Assembly (NCBI GenBank): GCA_951406725.2
Contig: OX597814.1
Location: forward strand, 124,000,001-124,064,000
Length of the DNA: 64,000 nt
DNA from: Octopus vulgaris
Taxonomy: Eukaryota
Reading direction: 5' to 3'
Shown here: positions 14,965 through 28,388 of the stretch, piece after piece
How positions within the stretch are numbered: the stretch's first letter is position 1
Layout of the letters: the number at the start of each line of letters is the position of its first letter
Position numbers and translations under genes: made by a program
The notes under the pieces: generated by a model
What the model saw: the letters and a program-made list of their open reading frames with translations, nothing else
Told to the model about the DNA's origin: nothing
The model's database searches: none

Positions 14965-15362
14965 TCTCTTTACTCTTTTACTAGTTTCAGTCATTTGACT
15001 GTGGCCATGCTGGAGCACTACCTTTAGTCGAGCAAATCGACCCCAGGACTTATTCTTTGTAAGCCTAGTGATTATTCTATTGGTCTCTTGCTGAACTGCT
15101 AAGTTACAGGGACATAAACACACCAGCATCGGTTATCAAGCGATGTTGTGGGAACAAACACAGACACACAAACATATACATATATATATACTTATATACG
15201 ATGGGCTTCTTTCAGTTTCCGTTTACCAAATCAACTCACAAGGCTTTGGTTGGCTTGAGGCTATAGTAGAAGACACTTGCCCAAGGTACCATGCAGTGAG
15301 ACTGAACCCAGAACCATGTGGTTGGTAAGCAAGCTACTTACGACACAGCCACTCCTGTGCCT
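14965..15362 (-). mobile_element. SINE family B, full length
   Basis: Same as 8421-8820. Confidence 0.85.
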
Positions 15363-16815
15363 ATACTGAATTTTTATTTAATAGGCTGGCTAATTTCAAC
15401 ATCAGTTATTTTCAGTCATGTTTTCCTTACAGATTTTGTAATAGCATGAGATTACCCATGGGTACATGCTATTGATGAAACCCTACAAAAAGCAGAAGCA
15501 TGCACCTAGCAATACCTATACTGTAGCTGAACAATTTTCATCTATTACTGATATATTTATATATACAAGGGTGGTATGTATCATACTAGTTCAGAGAAAC
15601 AGATTTATTTATACTAGCACTAGAAGAGATAAAGGTAAAAACAGCAGAACTGCAATCCAATGTTGGTAGTGGGAAACATTGGCAATTAGCTGGATGGCCT
15701 TTATTTGAATGTAATGTTAGATGTCCACGTACGTAGCGACATCACTGCCCCAGATATAATATAATACATAATGAGCTTATTGCATACAGTGCACAGCTTT
15801 ACTACAACTCATTAGAAAAGGTTAAAAGACGAGACAGAAAGCAGACATAGTATAAGAAAAGGAAGATATCAACGAAAGCTAGAAGTACATGTAGAGTACA
15901 CAGAATAAAACATAAAAATGGACAAAAGTTAACATTAAAAATGTCATAAAAAATATAAGTGTGTAGACTTGATTAGCTGGGAACTATATTATTTGATCTG
16001 GCCGTGTGCTACTCCAAAATAAAACCAATCACAATATTTAAATTATATTAAAATGTTTATATACAGACTGATATTAAAATTGTTGCCTTTCATAAAACAT
16101 TATGCTGGATGCTTGCAACATAGTGTGTGAGAGTGCAAGCTTGATGAAAGGTGAAATTGTATGCTTGGTGATTAGAGATCTTTTAACACAATGTCAGAGA
16201 AGCATGGCTGCTGGTTCACCAAGAAGACATCTTTGTTGTATATCCCAAGCATTTCAATTTACGTATGACCATGAATTGGCATGAAACTGCATAGAATTTT
16301 TCTGTACTCTTAACACCCACAAAAATGTGCCTGAAAAACAATTGGCTTAAGGTTAAGATTACATGATAAAGACTGTCATGGCTAAATATGGAAAATGATA
16401 AATTGCAGCCCTTTTCTCATTATAGGATTGATAAGGTTTTGAATGCTGAGAACTTCTGAAAGTCCCTGGAAATACCAGGAGCAGTGTGGGTGAATTTCAG
16501 GAATATTTGAAGTATGCAGTGTTCCGATAGTTGACAATGAATGTGCTTCAGCAATTTTAAGCTTGAAAATATGCTCTCAAATATATGAGCAGTATTTCAG
16601 ATATATCAAAACCTTATTTAGGATTGAAAACTAGAGATTATGTTACCAATGTAAAATTCATTGGGGACAGTTAAGAATGGGTATACCAAATATAGGTGGA
16701 ATAGGTGAGAAAGAAATCTTTGTTGGGATTTGAGGAAATCAAAATCAAATGGTGGCCAAAAGTATGAGACTCTGTATTAAGTAAAGAATATGTCATGACA
16801 TAATCTGTATAAATA

Positions 16816-17058
16816 TCATCATCATCGTTTAATGTCTGTTTTCCATACTAGTATGGGTTGGACAGTTCGATCAGGGTTTGGGAAGCCAGGAGGCTGCACC
16901 AGACTCCAGTCTGATCTGGCAGTGTTTCTACAGCTGGATGCCCTTCCTAAAGCCCACCACTCCATGAGTGTAGTGGGTGCTTTTTACATGCCACCGGCAC
17001 AGGAGCCAGGGGAGGCTGGCAGCGGCCACAATCGGTTGGTGCCAACCGCACCAGCACC
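16816..17058 (-). mobile_element. RTE 3'UTR copy with 14-bp TSD
   Basis: aatctgtataaata at 16802-16815 and 17059-17072. Confidence 0.85.
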
Positions 17059-17414
17059 AATCTGTATAAATAATATCAGATAAAATGAATTGATACAAGG
17101 AAGCAGAACAATAAATATGAATCTTTCCATGACATAACAAGTCAATTCATTTAAATATATTGTTTGTAATGACTATTTTGTACAAAGTTCAGCCTTTTTC
17201 TTCTTGCAACAATAAATGTAGACTATGTTAAAGAAGACAACTTAGAAGCTGATAGGCTTTGCCCAATTTTAGCGTTTGTGTTGAATTCAAGTGAAGGACT
17301 GAAATTCTGAAGAGGATCAGTAACTGTTCAAACCAGAAGTCATTCCTGGATCTGAAGAGATACAGTTTGGTTGTTCTTGATATGTTGATACAAGAATCAT
17401 TGAAATGTGGTCAG

Positions 17415-18057
17415 AGTGAGGTTATGTGTAGTTGAGAAGTTCGCCTCACAACCATGTAGTTTCAAGTTCCACCCCACTGGGCAGCACTTAGGGAGAAAGC
17501 GGCATCTGCTACAACACTGGGGCAGCCAATGCCTTGTCAGTGAATTTTGTAGATGGAAACGGAAAGAAGGCTTTTGCATATATCTATATGTGTGTGTGTG
17601 CGTGTGTATGTCTGTATTTATGTATGTGTGTTTGTGTGCACGTTTGTGTATGCGCATGTGTGTGTGAGTTTGCATGTGTGCACGTGTATGTGCATGTTTT
17701 TTGTACATGTGCATGTGTGCATGTGTGTGTGGGTTTTTATGCGTGTGCATGTGTGTATGTGTGTGTGCATGCATGTATGCGTGTGTGTGTGTTTGTTCTC
17801 CCACCACTGCCTGACAACCTACATGCATATCTTTATCTTTTACTTGTTTCAGTCATTAGACTGTGGCCATGCTGGGGCACTGCCTTGGAAAATTTTAGCT
17901 TTTTTTCAGTTTCTGTCTACCAAATCCACTCACAAGCCTTTGGTCGGCCTGAGCCTAAAATAGAAGATACTTGCCAAAGGTGCTATGCAGTGGGACTGAT
18001 CCCAGAACCATGTGCTTGGGAAGCAAGCTTCTTACCACACAGCCACTCCTGTGCCTA
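17415..18057. mobile_element. Two SINE family B remnants in opposite orientation (+ 17415-17820, - 17835-18057)
   Basis: Family B head and tail motifs on both strands. Confidence 0.6.
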
Positions 18058-18080
18058 TGTGTGCATATGTATACACACAC

Positions 18081-18155
18081 ACATGCACTACATGCTCACA
18101 CATGCACTACATGCTCACACATGCACTACATGCTCACACATGCACTACATGCTTG
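18081..18155 (+). repeat. 19-bp tandem repeat acatgcactacatgctcac, about 4 copies
   Basis: Direct inspection. Confidence 0.85.
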
Positions 18156-18673
18156 CACATGCATATACACATATAAAGTGAAGTTGTCCATTATACATTA
18201 TACATTCCATATTATAATAACATTGTATTAGACATCTTGCCCCAACCCACCAAACTTGATAAAATCACTTTCATGAGTGAACTTGATATCTTCTCCTCTG
18301 CAAGTTGGGAAGAAGGAAAACTTGATTCTATGTGTGTGTGTGTGGATGTGTGTAAGAATGTAGGAGCGATGCTGTTGTTGTTGGTTGTGTTGGTGTGGGT
18401 GTAGGTGATGGTAGTGGGAGCTCTCCTTTCTGAAATGCATCACTGCATGTCATTTTGTCACACTTCATTGCATTTCTTACAAGAATTAAAGTTTTCGTGT
18501 AAGATTTTAAAAAAACCCCAAAAAACAAAAAGAAAATTTTACCAAAGAAAAATTTCTTATACATGGATGCATTTCCCCAAGTTTGTGTTTTTATTATTTT
18601 CATATATATATATATATAAATGCACATATATATATATATATACGTATATATATGTATATATGTATATATATAT

Positions 18674-18708
<35 letters not shown>

Positions 18709-18732
18709 CATATATACATATATTTATATACA

Positions 18733-18801
<69 letters not shown>

Positions 18802-19357
18802 ATATATATGTACTTTGGGGAAGTTTTTCTTTTTGCTTTGTTTTTTCGTCTTCGAGATCCTTCATTGATAGAAGATTTGATTTTATATAAAATATTATTT
18901 CGGATTGTTTCATTGTTTGTTTGGTTTTATTATCCGAAACTTTCCATTTTCCATTTAAAAATTTGCGTTATTTTCTATATAAGTTGAAAATATTGGAAAT
19001 AAATGTTGGAATGAAGTGAAGAGAGAGAAGAATTAAGACCAAAGTAATAATTTATGATTATAATGCAAACCACTAGGATCTCGTTATTTCAGAACAAAAA
19101 AATAAAAAATAAAATAAAATAAATCAAAATAAAACGAATAAAGGGATTATGATTTATGAATAACACATAAGTGAGAAAGATTCCATTCTTATCTTAATAC
19201 TTCAATCCCTTGCTTCAATCAAAGGGTGCATGTTGGTTGTTATTGCTGTTGTTGCTTTTCTTGTTCTTTGGTCTCAGCTCAGCTATGATTGAGTAGGCCT
19301 ATGATCAAAGGCACTCCTTCCACGACCATCCTGTCTGTTTATGAATATTGTGTGTGC

Positions 19358-19407
<50 letters not shown>

Positions 19408-19598
19408 ATATATATATATATATGTTAAGGCGGTATAGTAAGAGAACTTCCGTTTATATATATATAGTGCGGTGGCCGAAAAAGCACCCACTACACTCAC
19501 GGAGTGGTTGGCGTTAGGAAGGGCATATGCCAGATATGATGAAGTGGCTTCACAGGAAGGCAGCATGGAAAACGGGCCGATGATGATGATGATGATGA

Positions 19599-19674
<76 letters not shown>

Positions 19675-19677
19675 TAT

Positions 19678-19947
19678 GTGGAGGCAGATGGCCAAGTGGT
19701 TAGAGCAGTGGACTTGTAGTCGAGGGATCACGGGTTCGAATCTCAGACCGGGCGATGTGTGTGTTTATGAGCGAAACACTTAAGCTCTACGTGGGTCCGG
19801 CAGAAGGTAATGGCAAACTTCTGCTGACTCTTTCCTCCTGCATCTTGCAGCTCACCTATTATGGACCGGTGTCCTGTCCAGGTGGGGAACTTATACACCA
19901 AGGAAACCGGGAAATCAGCCCTATGAGCCAGGCTTGGCTTGAGAAGG

Positions 19948-19951
<4 letters not shown>
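19678..19951 (+). mobile_element. tRNA-derived SINE family D (variant tail)
   Basis: gtggaggcagatggccaagtggttagagc...gggttcgaatctc; body matches 51035-51320. Confidence 0.8.
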
Positions 19952-20000
<49 letters not shown>

Positions 20001-20019
20001 ATATATATATATATATATG

Positions 20020-20335
20020 GGTGCAGGCATGGCTGTGAGGTAAGAAGATTGTTTCACAGCCACATGTTTCCAGGTTCAGTCTCAGGCTGACCAAGGTCTT
20101 GTGAGTGGACTTGGCAGACGGAAACTGAAAAAAGCCCATTGTATATTTACATATCTAAGTGTGAGTGTCTTTGTGCAAGTGTTTGTCACCAACCCCCACC
20201 TGGCAACTTGTTTACGTCCCTGTAACTTAGCAGTTCAGCAAAAGAAACTGATGGAATAAGTACCAGGCTTTACAAAGAAAATAGGTAATACTGGGGTTGA
20301 TTTGTTTCGCTAAAATTCTTGAAAGGGGTGCCCCA
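20020..20335 (+). mobile_element. SINE family B, internally deleted
   Basis: Family B head and 3' motifs. Confidence 0.7.
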
Positions 20336-20769
20336 GATTTTTCCTACTTTTCAACTCTAACCACACCCACTCTTTCATATTTTGGATCTTGCTCTTTGCA
20401 TTATCACCCATTGGTTCCTTAACCTACTTCTGGACATTTTTGTTTCTTTGATTTTAATTTTCTTTTATTTTCTACTACTGGCTTCTCTGTTCAGTTAAAT
20501 TCATCACTGTTCTCTGGAAGACTGAGAAATTCTGAGTGGCAATGTAACCTTCTTTTCATTAAGGCAATCTCAGCCTGAAGATTAGCTATGTTGAGTGTAA
20601 TTCATTGCATAACCATTACACCACAAGCTTCAGCTAGCTAAGAAACATACGTAGCTTGCATTTTACCTATTTCACTCCCTCAATTTGGATTTTTATTTGC
20701 ATTTGTTGCAGCAGCTCCAGTAGCCAACTGTGAGCTATAAAAGAACAATCTACTTACCAAATTTACTCA

Positions 20770-21042
20770 CATCACCACCACCACCACTACCACCACCACC
20801 ACCATCACCACTGCTGCCGCTGCAGCCACCACCGCCATGACCGCCACCACCACCACCACCACTACCACTATCATCATCATCATCAACATCACCATCATCC
20901 TCATCATCATCCTCATCATCATCATCATCACCATCACCACCATCACCACCACCACCATCACCATCACTACCACCATCATCACCATCACCACCACCACCAC
21001 CACCACCATCACTACCACCATCACCACCACCACCACCACCAC
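20770..21042. repeat. (CAC)n/(CAT)n trinucleotide field
   Basis: Direct inspection. Confidence 0.95.
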
Positions 21043-21216
21043 CAAGTCTTCTCTGCTCCCAGTTGGCAATTGTATTACTAGCATCTTTCATTGTAAATAG
21101 CCAACACAAAATATCATATCTGACAATAAATATTAAATTAAAAAGTTTATGGGTTTATTTCAGTTATCCTTTGTGCAAGTAGAACTTCTATATCACTACA
21201 GTACAACATCAGCAAG

Positions 21217-21760
21217 TGTGGAGGCACAATGGCCCAGTGGTTAGGGCAGCGGACTCACAGTTGTAAGAACATAGTTTTGATTCCCAGACCGGGCATTGTG
21301 AGTGTTTATTGAGCAAAAATACCTAAGCTCCACACAGCTCCGGCAGAGATGAGGGGGACCCTGCTATACTCTTTCACCACAACTTTCTCTCACTCTTTCT
21401 TCCTACTTCTGCCACAAAGCAGAGAAACCATGGTGTAACCCACTATGGTGTGGTAAACTTTCAGACCCTAGTGTAGAGCACGAATCCTTTGCAACCCAGG
21501 ATGGTTCAGCTCTCCACCCATTCAGCCAACATTTACAGAATGAGGATAACAATGTAGCTTTCATGCCCGTGCAACCGCCAGCCTATCACATGTGGTGGGT
21601 GGATCTTCAAGTTACCACACGCATTCTTAGTAGCTTAGAGTAGGCTTGAATTAGAGATTATTCTTTGTGGTTAATGGCGTGAGTCCTGATTGGAAGAAGA
21701 AGAAGAAGAAGAAGAAGAAGAAGAAGAAGAAGAAGAAGAAGGAAGAAGAAGAAGAAGAAG
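21217..21760 (+). mobile_element. SINE family D head with a different body and (GAA)n tail
   Basis: gtggaggcacaatggcccagtggttagggcagcggactc head; (GAA)n at 21693-21760. Confidence 0.65.
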
Positions 21761-21821
21761 ATGCCGACGCTGATGGCATCAACAAGCACAACACAACAAT
21801 GGTAATAAAGCCTTCCATAGG

Positions 21822-22032
21822 GCGGCAAGATGGTAGAGGCATTAGCATGCCAGGTGAAATGCTTAGCGGCATTTCGTCTGCTGCTACATTCTGAGTTCAA
21901 ATTCTGCTGAGGTCGACTTTACCTTTCATCCTTTCAGGGTTGATAAATTAAGTACCCATTGTGTACTGAGGTAATCTAATCAACTGTCCCCACCCCCAAA
22001 TTTTAGGCCTTGTATCTAGAGTAGAAAAGAAT
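21822..22032 (+). mobile_element. SINE family C monomer
   Basis: Same as 3890-4090. Confidence 0.75.
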
Positions 22033-22865
22033 AAAGCCTTCCATTACGACAATGGTGATACAGACATTTAAATTATTTCACCGTCGACCAGCTTGATGCA
22101 AGCGACCAAACAACTACATGACACTCTCAAGTGCAAGCAAAAGATTCCCAAAATGTCCAATGCCCTTCCCTGCATATCTGGTTTTGTATCAGAGTGTCCT
22201 TCTCCTTGAGACATTAACAAAAGCTGAGGATGGCTCACTCCCAGTGGTGTTCCAGTATGTTGGACACCAATCAGGACTTCTGAGTGCTTGTGCTGATAGC
22301 ATCTCACTTCACCAGGCTAGCCTGTTGAGGGTGCCAATTTAGTTACTGATGACCTGACCATGCACATACACACACATATTCATATGCACACACACATACA
22401 TGCACATACACTCACATATATATACATACACATGCACATATATATGCACACACATATACACACACTCATATGTGCACACACTTATATGCACACACCTGCA
22501 CATATGGTGGGCTTCCTCACAGTTTCCATCTACCAAATTCACTCATAAGGCTTTGGTCTGCTCGGAGTTATAGAAGACACTTGCCCACAGTGCCACCAGT
22601 GGCAGATGTTTAACCACACTACCATACCTGTGCCTACAAAAGGGTATAATTTTAAATTTTAACTGCTATTTCTAGCTATACATATGAGCTTATAGAAACT
22701 TCCCCATTGGCACAGATGCATGCTGGTTATATCGTGAGGTAAAAGACCAGTGACTTTGGCAGTGGTTGAGGGGAGGGGATATGAACTATAGATTAGATCT
22801 TTCCTTCATCTCCTAACATGCTAGGCTGTATCTCCTATAAAAATGGCATCACGAATTTTTCACAG

Positions 22866-22905
22866 GTCTTCCGACTACCAGCACCACTTATATACTCGCT
22901 TCTGA
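22866..22905 (+). CDS. Candidate terminal coding exon ([M]SSDYQHHLYTRF*)
   Basis: Acceptor gaatttttcacag; leading G completes AT|G from the previous phase-2 exon; TGA at 22903-22905; followed by about 600 nt of repeat-free AT-rich sequence. Confidence 0.5.
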
Positions 22906-23480
22906 ACTCATAAGTACCATCCATCTCACAGCCCTCTTCACTATTATTTGATTTATTCACTTTTAACATAATTCTATATCACAATAGCATCATTAGTTAC
23001 AGTTTTCCAATGGGTTAATCACTGGTTCATTGCGTTTCTGATAGCAAGAGTGACAAGGGAGTGCCTAACTCGATACATAGAAATTCATTCAAAAAGTATC
23101 ATTTAAAAAAAATGCTTTTTTTGATATGTATGAGGGGTTTCCTCACCATTGCTGACATAAAACAATGAATGATGCACTCCCAAATGCATGCATGTACACG
23201 CATACCTTAGTTTACATCATTTCATGTTACATCTTTTTTAGTTCTGTTAATTTTTTTTAAAGAAATTAATGGGAAAATAAGCCCCAACTTCAGGTGTTTT
23301 ATTTGACTTTATGTGTTGATTTCAGTGAACGTATTTAAAAGTATAGAGATTATAAAATACCCTAAAAAGCAATACTGAAATGCAAATGCAAATAAATTAC
23401 ATGTGAAAATATATATGAATCATTTACTAAAACAGATACGAGTTAATAAATTTTTAAAAGTGTTCTTTTGTATTATACCA
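22906..23480 (+). promoter_or_regulatory. Putative 3'UTR with polyadenylation signals
   Basis: AATAAA at 23391-23396 and 23445-23450, the second followed by GT/T-rich gtgttcttttgt; no recognisable TE in this stretch. Confidence 0.35.
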
Positions 23481-23544
23481 TTTTTGGGATTAAGTTGCAT
23501 GTCTTGGAACCATTTACTGATGTAAGTTGAGATATGACCAAGGG

Positions 23545-23972
23545 GGTGAGCTGGCAGAAACGTTAGCATGCTGGGCGAAATGCTTAGTGGGTATTTCGCC
23601 TGTCTTTATGTTCCGAGTTCAAATTCTGCCCAGGTTGACTTTGCCTTTCATCCTTTCAGGGTCGATAAGTTAAGTACCAGTTACGCACTGGGGTCGATGT
23701 AATCGACTTAATCCCTTTGTCTGTCCTTGTTTGTCCCCTCTATGTTTAGCCCCTTGTGGGCAATGAAGAAATAAGAAACATTAGCACCCTGAGTGAAATG
23801 CTTAGCAGGTATTTTGTCTGTCCTTATGTTCCGAGTTCAAATTCTGCTGAGGTTGACTTTGCCTTTCATCCTTTTGGGGTCGATAAGTTAAGTACCAGTT
23901 ATGTACTAGGGTTGATCTAATCAACTGGTCCCCTTCCCCAAAGTTTTGGGCCTTGTGCCTAGAGTAGAAAAG
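23545..23972 (+). mobile_element. SINE family C head-to-tail dimer
   Basis: Two consecutive units each with gagttcaaattctgc...gactttgcctttcatcc...aagtaccagtt. Confidence 0.85.
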
Positions 23973-23988
23973 GAGTTATGGTATGCCC

Positions 23989-24031
<43 letters not shown>

Positions 24032-24060
24032 AAAAAGGGAGATGTCGAACACGAGTGGTG

Positions 24061-24375
24061 ATATATAAAAAAGGGAAATGAAGAAAATGCTGACAAATAA
24101 TTGAAGTAATTTAAGTAATTTAATTAGGTGAAAGTTCTTTTTACGGTTGCGCATTTGTTATGCTTATCAAAATATAAAAGAGAGATTAGAGTTCCTTTCT
24201 TATAGAATTTTTCCTCTTAGGAAAAATTCTATAAGAAAGGAACTCTAATCTCTCTTTTATATTTTGATAAGCATAACAAATGCGCAACCGGTAAAAAGAA
24301 CTTTCACCTAATTAAATTACTTAAATTACTTCAATTATTTGTCAGCATTTTCTTCATTTCCCTTTTTTTATATAT
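24061..24375. repeat. Near-perfect palindrome, ~155-bp arms, 3-nt loop (24216-24218), in (TA)n
   Basis: Arms 24061-24215 and 24219-24375 are reverse complements except for two 1-nt indels seen by eye. Confidence 0.95.
24262..24297 (+). ncRNA. Minimal type I hammerhead-like motif, U3-A8 and A13C variant
   Basis: TT-TTGATAA-GCAT aacaa ATGC-GCAA-CCGG-T-A-AA; palindromic ACCGGT stem III; GUA triplet; stem I short. Confidence 0.6.
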
Positions 24376-24439
24376 ATATATATATATACATATGCATGAT
24401 GGTTTTGAACTTTGGCACAAGGCTAGTAATTTCATGTGG

Positions 24440-25400
24440 CAGATGTGTAGGTACATCAAACACCAAGAATACACCAAAACTAGATGCTCTCATATGCCAG
24501 GGACGATCCTTAGACATAGTTGACAGTTTCCATTACTTAAGTGAACAAGTTAGTAGTAGGAGTAGTTGTTCTGAAAGCATAGCTGCTAGAATAAGAACAG
24601 GCTAGGTGAAGTTCAGAGAGTTACTACCTCTCTTAGTAATGAAGGGCCTCTTCCTCAGAGTGAAAGGTAGGTTGTTTGGTGCCTGTGTATAAACAGCTGT
24701 CCTATATGGCAGTGAGACATGGGCTGTGACTACTGACGATATCTGAAGACTTGAAAGAAATGAAGCCAGCATGATTCACTGGATAATGTCAGAGTGCATA
24801 TACAATAGAGTGAAAGTGATTTGAGAGAAAAACTGGGTATATGTAGCATCAGATGTGGTGTGCAAGAGAAAAGACAGCTGGTATGGCCATGTAATATGCA
24901 TGAATGAAGACAGTTGCATCAAGCGATACCAATCTCTAATTGTAAAATGAACAAGTACAAGTGGAAGACCCAGGAAAACATGGGACGGAGTAGTGAGAAA
25001 GGATCTGTAGATGTTGGGGAATCACAGAGGAGATGACAGGAGACTGAGACTCCTTGCAGGTTGCTGTGCTTGAAAAGACCCACGAAGCTAATTAAAAGCA
25101 TGGCTGTCCTTGCATACAGGCTTGTCCTCTGCAACCCTATCCAGCTGAGCATCTCTAATCTTGCAGGCTCATAGGGGCTTTTGTCACATAAAAAACACCC
25201 ACACTGGTGCTGTATAAAAGCACCAATTACATTCTGTAAAGTGGTTGGCATTAGGAAGTGCATCCAGCCATAGAAACCATGCCAAAACAGACATGGATCA
25301 TAAAAAGCTCTTCAGATGGTCAGCTCCTGTCAAATTATCCACCCCATGCTAGCATGGAAAATGAAAATTGAATGATGATGATGGTGATAAAGATGATGAC
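24440..25400 (+). mobile_element. 5'-truncated RTE-clade LINE (RT C-terminus, 3'UTR, (GAT)n tail), disrupted
   Basis: LDIVDSFHYL...ARIRTG*VKFRELLPLL...LRVKGRL...VLYGSETWA...GRPRKTW; followed by gtggttggcattaggaag core and gatgatgat tail. Confidence 0.85.
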
Positions 25401-25484
25401 GACATACATACATACATATGTACATACATACATACGTACATACATACATACATACATACATACATACATACATACATACATACA

Positions 25485-25518
<34 letters not shown>

Positions 25519-25524
25519 CATACA

Positions 25525-25750
25525 TTCTTACAGGTATAAACCTGAACTTATAATCTGGATAGAGTAACTAGATTTCTTAATAGTTCAGTATAGGTGTTCT
25601 CTTTTCCACTAATCACCAGCTTTATGTTAACATCTACTGGGCAGCTAATTTTCACAACTGTACACAGTTTCTCTTCTCTATCCCAAATCATTATATCAGG
25701 TCTGTTGTGCTTACATTTTATTGAGGTCTTCACTGGTATATTCCACAAGC
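25525..25750 (-). mobile_element. R4/Dong-type LINE fragment, restriction-like endonuclease domain
   Basis: WNIPVKTSIKCKHNRPDIMIWDREEKLCTVVKISCP...KENTYTEL (PD-(D/E)xK-type RPD motif) in ORF 25548-25892. Confidence 0.75.
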
Positions 25751-26007
25751 ATTTCTTTTTATGTATGTATGTATGTAGGAATGTATCATCATCATCCTTT
25801 AGCATCCTCTTTTTGTGCTGGCATGGGTTGGATGGTTTGAATTGGAGCTGGCTAGCAGGAGCTGTCCCGACACCAACTATCTGTTGTGGCATGGTTTCTA
25901 TGACTGAATACCTTTCCTAATGCCAACCACTTAGCAGAGTGTGCAGCATGCTGTATGTATGTATGTATGTATGTATGTATGTATGTATGTATGTATGTAT
26001 GTATGTA

Positions 26008-26177
26008 GAGAATTCACAAAAAAACAAAAGACGAAGACAGGTGGTGTAGACAACAAACAGATGTATTAGTTTAAAGCTCAGGAAGTGAAGAAGTCTTTAA
26101 CGTTTCGAGCCTATGCTCTTCCACAGAAGGGAACACAGAAAGAAACAAGGAGAGAAAATAAAAAGTGTGTAGTGGCT
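26008..26177 (-). mobile_element. Solo Penelope-type terminal repeat with hammerhead-like motif at 26095-26130
   Basis: Homologous to 35915-36120, 40425-40596 and the 3' end (60980-61130) of the PLE at 58130-61130. Confidence 0.7.
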
Positions 26178-26521
26178 GTATGTTTGCATGCCTGTATAAG
26201 GTCATCATTTTAATATTGAGATTAACATGCTTGCATGAATCAGATGAAATTCACCCAGGGTAGATTTTCTACAGTAGGTCACTCTTTCTGCCACCAACTC
26301 TCATCTGTTTCCAAGCAAAATAATATTTTTCTGACTCCTTCCAACAAGAACAGCAAAAATGGCTTGACATATTTTCATGGAAGATAGCAAATAAATGACA
26401 TTGCTTGTATGACAATTACACCTGCTTACAATTAGCAAGTGATATATGTTTGTGTGCATATGTGTGAATAAAGTATATCCAATGATCTATTATAACAGCC
26501 CTTCACAATATCCAAACAAAT

Positions 26522-26927
26522 AGGCATAGGAGTGGCTGTGTGGTAAGTAGCTTGCTTACCAACCACATGGTTTTGGGTTCAGTCCCACTGCGTGGCACCT
26601 TGGGCAAGTGTCTTCTACTATAGCCTCGGGCTGACCCAAGCCTTGTGAGTGGATTTGGTGGACAGAAACTGAAAGAAGCCCATTGTATATATGTATATAT
26701 ATGTATGCATGTGTATATGTTTGTGTGTCTGTGTTTGTCCCCCCAACATCGCTTGACAACTGATGCTGGTGTGTTTACGTCCCCGTAACTTAGCGGTTCG
26801 GCCAAAGAGACCGACAGAATAAATACTAGGCTTACAAAGAATAAGTCCTAGGGTCGATTTGCTCGACTAAAGGTGGTGCTCCAGCATGGCCACAGTCAAA
26901 TGACTGAAACAAGTAAAAGAGTAAAGA
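26522..26927 (+). mobile_element. SINE family B, full length
   Basis: tRNA-like head ggagtggctgtgtggtaag...gggttcagtccc, CORE-like ccttgggcaagtg, tail gtaaaagagtaaag. Confidence 0.9.
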
Positions 26928-27553
26928 ATTGAAGCCATTTTTCTTTCAAATGATGTTTTCATGTATTCCTTCATTTTCTGCGTTTTTGAAATATACCTCT
27001 ATAAGTGTAACAAAAACCTAGCTGAGATTTGATCTACTAACCTTTTTATTCACTCATAGTAAATTTAGGTTTCTCATTACATAAGTAAATCATTCCAATT
27101 CCTCATTGTTGCCATGAAGTGCTTATATGAGCGAAACAAATAATATATTTAGCTCTCCACTGTATATAAATTTTTTTTATTATTACCTGACAATATTCCA
27201 CTGACTTCTGTTATATGGTGTGATATGCTATTTCTAAAGAACAAGAAAATCATACACTCGCAAACACACACACACACTCACACTTACATACATATGTGTA
27301 TACATTCATATGTATGTGTGTGTATGTATACATAGATATATATTTGTGTATATGTATATACATACTCACAGATATGGGCAATATATGTGTGTGCATATAT
27401 ATATGTTTTGTATACATATATACATGGAAGTATACGTATACATGTACATACACATAACACGCACACATACACATATATGTATGCATATTATACCCATGCA
27501 TGCAAAAATTCAGCTTGTACATACTCATTCATACACACAAATCACATGCTTAC

Positions 27554-27617
<64 letters not shown>

Positions 27618-28388
27618 GAAATACAAAGTGTGATTGAAAACAGTGTTGTCAGTGAAGAAATTATTTTCTCATCTGTTTTATAGTTTACAAACTGGAATGT
27701 CTGACTTGTAGATTAAGAAAGAAGTTGGTGGTAGTCAGTAATATCAGCAGAACACTGGACCAAATAACTGAAAGTATCTAGTCACAGATCTTTAAATTCT
27801 GAGTTCAAATCCTGATGGAGCCAACTTTACATTTTGTTGAATCCATCATGGGCAATAAAATATGTACCAGTCATGAACTAAGGTTAATAAAGACTTGTTG
27901 TAACTTTGTGCCCATATTAGAAAACATTATATTCATGACTATGTGTATAAATATGAACAAACTAGCATTTTTTTTATAAGCATTGAAATGTATGTTGAAT
28001 GATACAAATTAGAGGATATTTTTCCAAATGCAGAAAAAAAAATGTTAGTTTGTTTATATTTATACATGTAGTTGTACATTAAGCTATTTAGTGTCTTAAT
28101 TTGGTGTTGAATTTGTCAGTGGGTAGTTTGGCTTAATGGTAAAGTACTTGGCCAGAGGCTTTGAGGGATATAGGTTCAAGTCCCATGGTTGGTTGTTGAC
28201 GAATTTTTCTGCTTTGTAAGGGTTATTTACCCTGTATTTTTGCTGGTTTAACTGCAATTCAGTGTTCAAAAAATAATATTTATGATTCAATGAAGGGAGT
28301 CTTTCCATGGTTTTTCAACCTGCCAGAAACAGTACCTAAATTCATAAAAAAGTTAAGATGCACATTAGATAAAAATGTATATCTGGGT

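Noticed and set aside
15433-15475. Strong acceptor ttttccttacag as another exon
   Set aside because: Compatible frame stops after 13 codons and only a weak donor is present; no further support
18232-18330. Short open frame ILPQPTKLDKITFMSELDIFSS after an AG
   Set aside because: Wrong phase for the exon chain and no good donor
18898-18940. tttcggat...atccgaaa hairpin with GAAAC as a hammerhead
   Set aside because: No CUGANGA/UUGANAA core or stem I
19678-19755. tRNA-like sequences as real tRNA genes (also 21217, 28122, 51035)
   Set aside because: They have A/B boxes but no closing acceptor stem and mostly continue into SINE bodies
20400-20750. Minus-strand coding-like stretch (IANLQAEIALMKRRL)
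   Set aside because: Multiple stops; possibly a decayed gag or LINE ORF1 but too weak to call
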